Shown here: positions 57,872 through 64,000 of the stretch, piece by piece
Layout of the letters: every line of letters begins with the position of its first letter
How positions within the stretch are numbered: position 1 is the first letter of the stretch
Made by a program: the position numbers and the translations under genes
Notes under the pieces: model-generated
What the model was told of the DNA's origin: nothing
The model's input: the letters and a program-made list of their open reading frames with translations, nothing else
Databases searched by the model: none
Assembly (NCBI GenBank): GCA_963703225.1
Contig: OY969801.1
Span: 416,001 to 480,000, forward strand
Reading direction: 5' to 3'
DNA length: 64,000 bases
From: Candidatus Eiseniibacteriota bacterium
GTDB lineage: Bacteria > Eisenbacteria > RBG-16-71-46 > SZUA-252

Positions 57872-58818
57872 AGGTCTTGGTGACCGGGATCACCGGTTTC
57901 GCCGGCAGCCACCTGGTCGACTACCTCCTGACGCTTCCGGGTGTCGAGGTGATGGGCATCCTGCGCTGGAGGAGCCGGACCGAGAACATCGAGCACTTTC
58001 GCGACCGAGTCCGCCTCGTCGAATGCGACCTCCGCGACTCCTCGTCCGTGCGCGACGTGATGGAGCAGCTGAGGCCGGAGCGGATCTTCCATCTCGCGGC
58101 CCAGAGCTTCGTGCCCACCTCCTGGACGGCCCCGACCGAGTCGCTCGTCACCAACGTCATCGGGCAGCTCAACATCTTCGAGGCGGTGAAGAAGCTTCAC
58201 ATCATGCCGCGCATCCAGCTCGCGTGCTCCAGCGAGCAGTACGGCATGGTCTTCGAGTCCGAGCTGCCGATCCGCGAGACGAACCCGATGCGTCCGCTCT
58301 CGCCGTACGCGGTGAGCAAGGTGGGGCAGGACATGCTCGGCTATCAGTACTGGATGAGCTACAAGATTCCGATCGTCCGCACGCGCGGCTTCAACCACGA
58401 AGGCCCGCGCCGCGGACCGGTGTTCGTCTGCTCCGACTTCGCCAAGCAGATCGCGGACATCGAGAGAGGGACGAAGCCGCCGGTGATCCGGGTCGGGAAC
58501 CTGGACGCACGACGCGATTTCAGCGACGTGCGGGACGTGGTGCGCGCCTACTGGCTTTCGCTGGAGAAGGGCGAGCCGGGCGAGGTCTACAACATCTGCT
58601 CCGGGAAGGACTGGACCATCCGCAAGATGCTCGACATGCTCCTCAGCATGACGAAGGTGAAGGTCAAGATCGAGCAGGACGAGGCGCGCATGCGGCCGAG
58701 CGACGTGCCGGTCCTCCTGGGCGACGCGTCCAAGTTCAAGAAGGCCACCGGCTGGGAGCCGACGATCCCCTTCGAGCAGACGCTCCGCGACTTGCTCGAC
58801 TACTGGCGGGCGCGGTAA
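57868..58818 (+). CDS. GDP-mannose 4,6-dehydratase / Rmd-like extended SDR
   Basis: VTGITGFAGSHL, HLAAQSFV, SSEQYG, SPYAVSK, FNHEGPRRG, GNLDARRDF. Confidence 0.9.
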   Translation: MKVLVTGITGFAGSHLVDYLLTLPGVEVMGILRWRSRTENIEHFRDRVRLVECDLRDSSSVRDVMEQLRPERIFHLAAQSFVPTSWTAPTESLVTNVIGQLNIFEAVKKLHIMPRIQLACSSEQYGMVFESELPIRETNPMRPLSPYAVSKVGQDMLGYQYWMSYKIPIVRTRGFNHEGPRRGPVFVCSDFAKQIADIERGTKPPVIRVGNLDARRDFSDVRDVVRAYWLSLEKGEPGEVYNICSGKDWTIRKMLDMLLSMTKVKVKIEQDEARMRPSDVPVLLGDASKFKKATGWEPTIPFEQTLRDLLDYWRAR

Positions 58819-58821
58819 GCG

Positions 58822-59797
58822 TTGCGGATTCTCGTCACGGGCGTCGCCGGCTTTGTGGGACGGCATTTGCTCGGCCATCTCGTCGCCACGGGTGGCTGGG
58901 AGATCTACGGTGCGGACCATGCCCCTCTCGACCGGATCCCGGAGCCCGAGCTGCTCCGACGCGGGCTCGCCGAGTACCGTCCGCTCGACATCGTCGATTT
59001 CGCCGCGGTGATGGCGTGGGTACGAGAGGAGAAGCCGGAGGCGATGGTCCACCTCGCGGCGCAGGCATCCGGCGCCGTGTCGCTTCAGGATCCCGCCGCG
59101 ACCTACCGGGTGAACGCGCTCGGCGCGCTCAATCTCCTGGAAGCGGCTCGCACGGCGTGCCCGAGCGCGGTGGTGCTCATCGTGGGTTCCGCGGACATCT
59201 ATGGTTCGGGCCCCCCGGGCGAGCGAATCCGGGAGGACTCTCCGATCCGCCCTCGGAATCCGTACGCGGTGAGCAAGGCGGCACAGGACTCCCTCGCCGA
59301 GGTCTACGCCGCGACCTACGGCCTTCGGATCGTCCGCACGCGGACGTTCACCCACACGGGGCCGGGGCAGCGCCCCCAGTTCGCCCTCGCCGGATTTGCC
59401 GACCAGCTCGCGCGAATCGATGCGGGGCTCGGCGCCTCCCGAGATCCGGGTGGGGAACCTCGATACCGTCCGGGAGTATGGCGACGTCCGGGACGTGGTT
59501 CGGGCGTACCGTCTGCTGCTGGAACGGGGCGGAGCGGGAGAGGCCTATAATGTCGGCACGGGTCGGGGCCACGTGCTTCGAGCGCTTCTCGACAGACTGC
59601 TCGCGATCTCGGGGGTGCGCGCCAGCGTGGTGACCGATCCGGCCCGCGTGCGGGCGCGGGACGTGGACCACCTCGTCGGCGACCCGGCGAAGCTGGAAGC
59701 CCAGACAGGGTGGACGCCCGCCTACACGCCGGAGCAGACGCTTGCCGATCTATACCGCGACGCCCGCGACCGCGTGCGGCGCGAGACCGGGCGCTAG
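58822..59797 (+). CDS. GDP-4-keto-6-deoxy-D-mannose reductase (Rmd)-like SDR, one indel near 59437
   Basis: VTGVAGFVGRHL, HLAAQAS, NPYAVSK, HTGPGQ, VGNLDTVREY. Confidence 0.82.
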
Positions 59798-59806
59798 GGG
59801 GATATC

Positions 59807-61112
59807 GTGCGGATCGCGGTCGTGGGAACCGGCTACGTGGGCCTGGTCACCGGCGCAGGCTTCGCGGATTTCGGGAACGAAGTGCTTTGCGTCGACGTCG
59901 ACCGCGCCAAGATCGAGACCCTGGGGCGCGGCGAGATTCCGTTCTACGAGCCCGGGCTAACCGACCTGGTCGCGCGCAACGTGCGGGAGCGGCGGCTGCG
60001 TTTTGGCCTCTCGCTGGAAGAGGCGACGCGCTGGGCCGAGGCGATCTTCATCTGCGTGGGGACACCCAACACCAAGAGCGGCCGAGCCGATCTCCGCTAC
60101 GTCTTGGGCGCCGCCAAGACGATCGCCACGTCGCTACCGAGCTACCGGCTGATCGTCCAGAAGAGCACGGTCCCGGTGGGAACGGCGGACCGCGTGCGCG
60201 AGATCATCCGCCGCCACGCGCGGCGGGCCGTCCGGTGGGACGTGGCCTCCAACCCCGAATTCCTGCGCGAGGGGACGGCCGTCGAGAACTTCATGCGGCC
60301 CGACCGCGTGATCATCGGGGCCGACTCGGTCCGGGCGCGCGACGTCCTGCGCGAGATCTACTCGCCGCTCTATCTGATCGAGACTCCGATGGTGGTGACC
60401 AGCGTCCGTTCGGCCGAGCTGATCAAGTACGCCGCGAACTGCGTTCCTCGCGACGAAGATCTCGTTCATCAACGAGATGGCGAACCTCGCGGAGGCGGTC
60501 GGCGCCGACGTGCACGACGTCGCGAAGGGGATCGGGCTCGATCGAAGGATCGGACCCAAGTTTCTCCACCCGGGGCCCGGGTTCGGCGGGTCCTGCCTCC
60601 CCAAGGACACGCGCGCGCTCCGCGATTTCGCGCGGCGCGCGGGCGTGGCGATGCGAATCACGACGGCGGCGATCGAGACCAACGACGCGCAGCGACGGAT
60701 CGCGATCCGGAAGGTGCTGGACGCGCTCCACGGCCGCGGCCCCCACACGGTCGGCCTGCTGGGCCTCTCCTACAAGCCCGACACCGACGACGTGCGCGAG
60801 GCGCCGTCGCTCGACATCATCCGCGCGCTCCTGCGCCGCGGCGTCCGGGTTCGGGTGTTCGATCCGGTCGTCCGCGAAGGAGCGCCCGGGGTGCCGCGAG
60901 GGGTGACGTTCGCCCAGAGCGCCTACGACGCGGCCAAGGGCGCGCACGCGCTGGTCGTGGTCACCGAGTGGAACGAGTTCCGGCGGCTCGACTTCGCCCG
61001 CGTGCGGCGGGTCATGAAGCGCCGGGCGGTCGTCGATTTGCGGAACGTCTACGAGCCGGCCCAGGTGCGCCGGCTGGGCTTTGAATACACCTGCGTGGGG
61101 AGACCGATATGA
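59807..61112 (+). CDS. ugd: UDP-glucose/GDP-mannose dehydrogenase, one indel near 60441
   Basis: GTGYVGL, ICVGTP, KSTVPVGT, NPEFLREG, GFGGSCLPKD, KPDTDDVRE. Confidence 0.92.
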
Positions 61113-61571
61113 AACTGATTCACGGAGTCGTCGTCAAGCCGCTCAAGGTGATCGCCGACGAGCGCGGCTATCTCATGGAGATGATGCGCTGCGACGATCC
61201 CTTCTTTCAGAAGTTCGGCCAGACCTACGTGTCGGTCGCCTATCCGGGCGTCGTGAAGGGCTGGCACTACCACAAGCTTCAGACCGATCACTTCGTCATC
61301 GTGAAGGGGATGATGAAGGTGGTGCTCTACGACGGCCGCGACGACTCGCCGACCAAGGGCGAGATGAACGAGTTCTTCCTGGGCGAGCGAAATCCCACGC
61401 TGGTCACGATCCCGCCCGGGCGTCTGGCACGGCATGAAGGGAATCGGCACCGAGCCGGCGATGCTCGTGAACACCCCGACCGAGCCCTACAACTACGAGA
61501 AGCCGGACGAGTACCGGGCCGACCCGCACCAGAACGACATCCCCTACGACTGGACCCGCAAGGATGGCTAA
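61109..61571 (+). CDS. dTDP-4-dehydrorhamnose 3,5-epimerase-family cupin, one indel near 61420
   Basis: DERGYLME, VKGWHYH, LYDGRDDSPT, VTIPPG...WHGMK, IPYDW; TAA 61569-61571. Confidence 0.87.
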
Positions 61572-62599
61572 GGGAATCGACCTCTCCCGCGCGCGGGTCC
61601 TGGTCACGGGCGGCGCGGGCTTCATCGGCTCCAACTTCGTCCAGCACTTGCTCGGCCGCGCATCCCGGCGAGCAGCGTCACGGTCCTCGACAAGCTGACC
61701 TACGCCGGCAACCTCGCGAACCTCGACTCCGTGAAGGACGACCCCGGCTACCGGTTCCTCCACGGCGACATCTGCGACCCCGCCGCGGTGGCCGAGGCGA
61801 TGGCCGGCTGCGACGTGGTGCTCAACTTCGCGGCCGAGACCCACGTCGACCGCTCGATCGACAGCGCGAAGGACTTCGTGCTGACCGACACCTTCGGCGT
61901 CTGGGTGCTGCTCGAGGAGGCGCGCCGGTCCAAGGTGCTCCGCTTCCTCCAGATCTCGACCGACGAGGTCTACGGCGAGATTCTCGACCGGCGCGGCCAA
62001 CGAGGAGGCGCCGCTTCTCGCCGCGAAATCCGTACGCGGCGTCCAAGATCGGCGGCGATCGGCTCGCCTACTCCTACTACGCCACCCACGGCCTGCCGAC
62101 CGTGGTCACGCGCTGCAGCAACAACTACGGGCCCTACCAGTATCCCGAGAAGCTGATCCCGCTCTTCGTGACGAACGCGCTCGAGGACAAGCCGCTGCCC
62201 GTCTACGGGAACGGCCGAAACACGCGGGACTGGATCCACGTCGAGGACCACTGCCGCGCGCTCGTCTCGATCTTGGAGGCGCCCGACGTCGAAGGGCAGA
62301 CCTTCAACATCGCGGGCGGAAACGAGCGGTCGGTGCTCGACATCACCGATCTCATCTTGGAGCGGCTCAAGAAGCCCAAGAACCTCGTCGCCAACGTCAC
62401 CGACCGTCCCGGACACGACCGCCGATACGCCATCGACGCCTCCAAGCTCGAGCGAATGACCGGCTTTCGTCCCACGGTGGACTTCCGCCGAGGGATCGCC
62501 GAGACGATCGACTGGTATGTCTCCCACCGACCGTGGTGGGAAGCGATCCGCTCCGGCGAATTCCGACACTACTACGAGCGGATGTACGGGGCCCGCTAG
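61564..62599 (+). CDS. rfbB: dTDP-glucose 4,6-dehydratase, several indels
   Basis: VLVTGGAGFIGSNF, DKLTYAGN, AAETHVDRSI, STDEVYG, NPYAASK, NNYGPYQYPEKLIP, DRPGHDRRY. Confidence 0.93.
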
Positions 62600-62616
62600 G
62601 CCCTCGGTTCCTCCCC

Positions 62617-64000
62617 GTGCGCCGGCTCGTTCGATCGACCGCGATCCTCGGCCTGGGATCGGCGGCGACGATCGTCGCCGCGATCCTCCGCGCGAAGATT
62701 CTCGCCGCGTGGCTCGGCCCCGAGGGGACCGGTGTCCTCGCCCAGCTCGCCAGCCTGAGCGCGGTCCTCGTGCCGCTCGCGACGCTCGGGGCGGGAAACG
62801 GCGTGGTGACCCTGATCGCGGAGGCGCGCGGCCGCGGGGACACGGCCCGGGTGCGCCGCGTTACCCGCACCGCCACGACGCTGGCTTGGAGCGTTGGCCT
62901 CGGTCTCGCGGTCCTCGTGGCGGTTCTCTCCCCTTGGATCGCGCGCGGGATCTACCGCGATTCCGGCTTCTTCTGGGCCATTCTCTTCGGGGCCGCGGCG
63001 ATTCCGCTCTCCGCGGTGGCGTCGCTTCGAATCACGATGCTCCAAGGGCACGGCGCCGTGAGGGCGATGGCGACCCTGAACGCCGTCATCGCCGCCGTCG
63101 GGATCGCGACGATCATCCCGATGGCGAAGTTCTTCGGCGTGAGGGGCGCGGTCGCGCAGCTGGTGATCGTCGCCGCGACCTATGCGTGGCTGAGCGGGCG
63201 CTTTCTCAAGCCGCTCACGCCGCCACGCCCGCCGGAGGCGCCGCCCGCCGAGCCGCGCGTCGACCGCTCCCTGCTCCGCCCCATCGCGCGTTTTGGTGGG
63301 AGCGCGCTCCTGGTCGGGCTTTCCTCGACCCTGACGCTCCTAATTCTTCGAAGCATGCTGGTGGGGAAGCTGGGCCTTTCTCAGAACGGGATCTACCAGG
63401 TTTGCATCGGCGTCTCCGGCCTCACGATGCCGTTGATCCTGAACTCGATCACGGCCACCGTCTGGCCCGAGATCGCGGCCAAGCCCAAGGATGCGGACGC
63501 CGTCGGTCCCATGACGGGAGCGATCCGCCTCGCGTTTCTCCTCGTGACGGGCGTCTCCGCGACTCTCCTCGTGGGCGCTCCGATCTGGGTCCCGTTCTTC
63601 TATTCGGCGAGGTTTCTCCCCGCGCTCGACCTGCTCCCCTTCCAGTTTCTGGGCGACTACCTGCGGGCGGCGGCTTGGATGTTTGGAATCTGGCTCGTGC
63701 CTCGCGAGCGGCTTCGCCCTTGGGTGCTCTTCGATATCGTTTACGGGGTGGTGCTCCTCGCCGTCTTCATGCTGCTCGTCGACCGGATCGGGATCCGAAG
63801 CGTGGTCTACGCCTATGTCGCGGCGCATTTGAGCCACGCGGTGCTCCACTACGCGCTGGCCCGACGGGCGCTGGGGTTTCGCCTCGGGAAGGAGAACGCC
63901 CTCCTGCTCGGGGCTTCGTTCGCGCTCCTGGCCGGCCTCGCGCTCTTCCGCCCCAAAGATTTGATGGGAGTGGCCATCGGCGCCGCGGCCGCCATCGCGT
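62617..64000 (+). CDS. Wzx-type oligosaccharide flippase, runs off window end
   Basis: GTG 62617; ILRAKILAAWLGPEGTG, many TM segments, QFLGDYLRAAAW; no stop before 64000. Confidence 0.82.
   Translation, partial: MRRLVRSTAILGLGSAATIVAAILRAKILAAWLGPEGTGVLAQLASLSAVLVPLATLGAGNGVVTLIAEARGRGDTARVRRVTRTATTLAWSVGLGLAVLVAVLSPWIARGIYRDSGFFWAILFGAAAIPLSAVASLRITMLQGHGAVRAMATLNAVIAAVGIATIIPMAKFFGVRGAVAQLVIVAATYAWLSGRFLKPLTPPRPPEAPPAEPRVDRSLLRPIARFGGSALLVGLSSTLTLLILRSMLVGKLGLSQNGIYQVCIGVSGLTMPLILNSITATVWPEIAAKPKDADAVGPMTGAIRLAFLLVTGVSATLLVGAPIWVPFFYSARFLPALDLLPFQFLGDYLRAAAWMFGIWLVPRERLRPWVLFDIVYGVVLLAVFMLLVDRIGIRSVVYAYVAAHLSHAVLHYALARRALGFRLGKENALLLGASFALLAGLALFRPKDLMGVAIGAAAAIA

Noticed and set aside
59400..62050. 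Frameshifts in rmd-like, ugd, rmlC-like and rfbB, and the apparent 496-aa RmlC-RfbB fusion
   Set aside because: Same indel pattern (also in pyrC and yugP). No homopolymer tracts suggesting phase variation, and separate start (61564) and stop (61571) are visible.

Overview
High-GC bacterial chromosome segment from a diderm (TolC, outer-membrane barrels and periplasmic proteases are present). The taxon cannot be fixed from the sequence. Many conserved genes carry single-base indels, which looks like long-read or MAG consensus error. Core content, left to right: degP 3' end, AMIN-amidase, secreted HMA protein, nagZ, rsgA, TPR protein, csp, ampG-like MFS. Next is a ~12 kb accessory block (beta-barrel, GT2-deacetylase fusion, TolC/MFP/RND, receiver-kinase fusion, asnB). 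Then amidase, DsbD-N/redoxin, DUF2064 GT, ogg1, cdaR-like, pyruvoyl arginine decarboxylase, parvulin, metalloenzyme, HU/IHF, yugP, ltaE-rsmI-PIP synthase-ino1-tmk-ctp-dusB-larB-larC-ECF ATPase, a patch of small accessory genes, an M28/PDZ/PD40 fusion and a GT-C-like protein. The window ends with a PyrR-attenuated pyr operon running into a nucleotide-sugar/flippase cluster. Best unexplained signals: (1) a consensus sigma54 promoter driving a ~100-nt rod-shaped RNA with a C-rich loop (29008-29110); (2) a 125-bp collapsed amidase remnant (8190-8312) made of three non-contiguous pieces homologous to the amidase 12 kb away, so that amidase copies bracket the accessory block; (3) an in-frame deletion fusing half a receiver domain to a sensor kinase; (4) recurrent leaderless-promoter geometry and non-canonical (ATC, CTG) starts. 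No CRISPR array, rRNA, tRNA, integrase or transposase was recognised.
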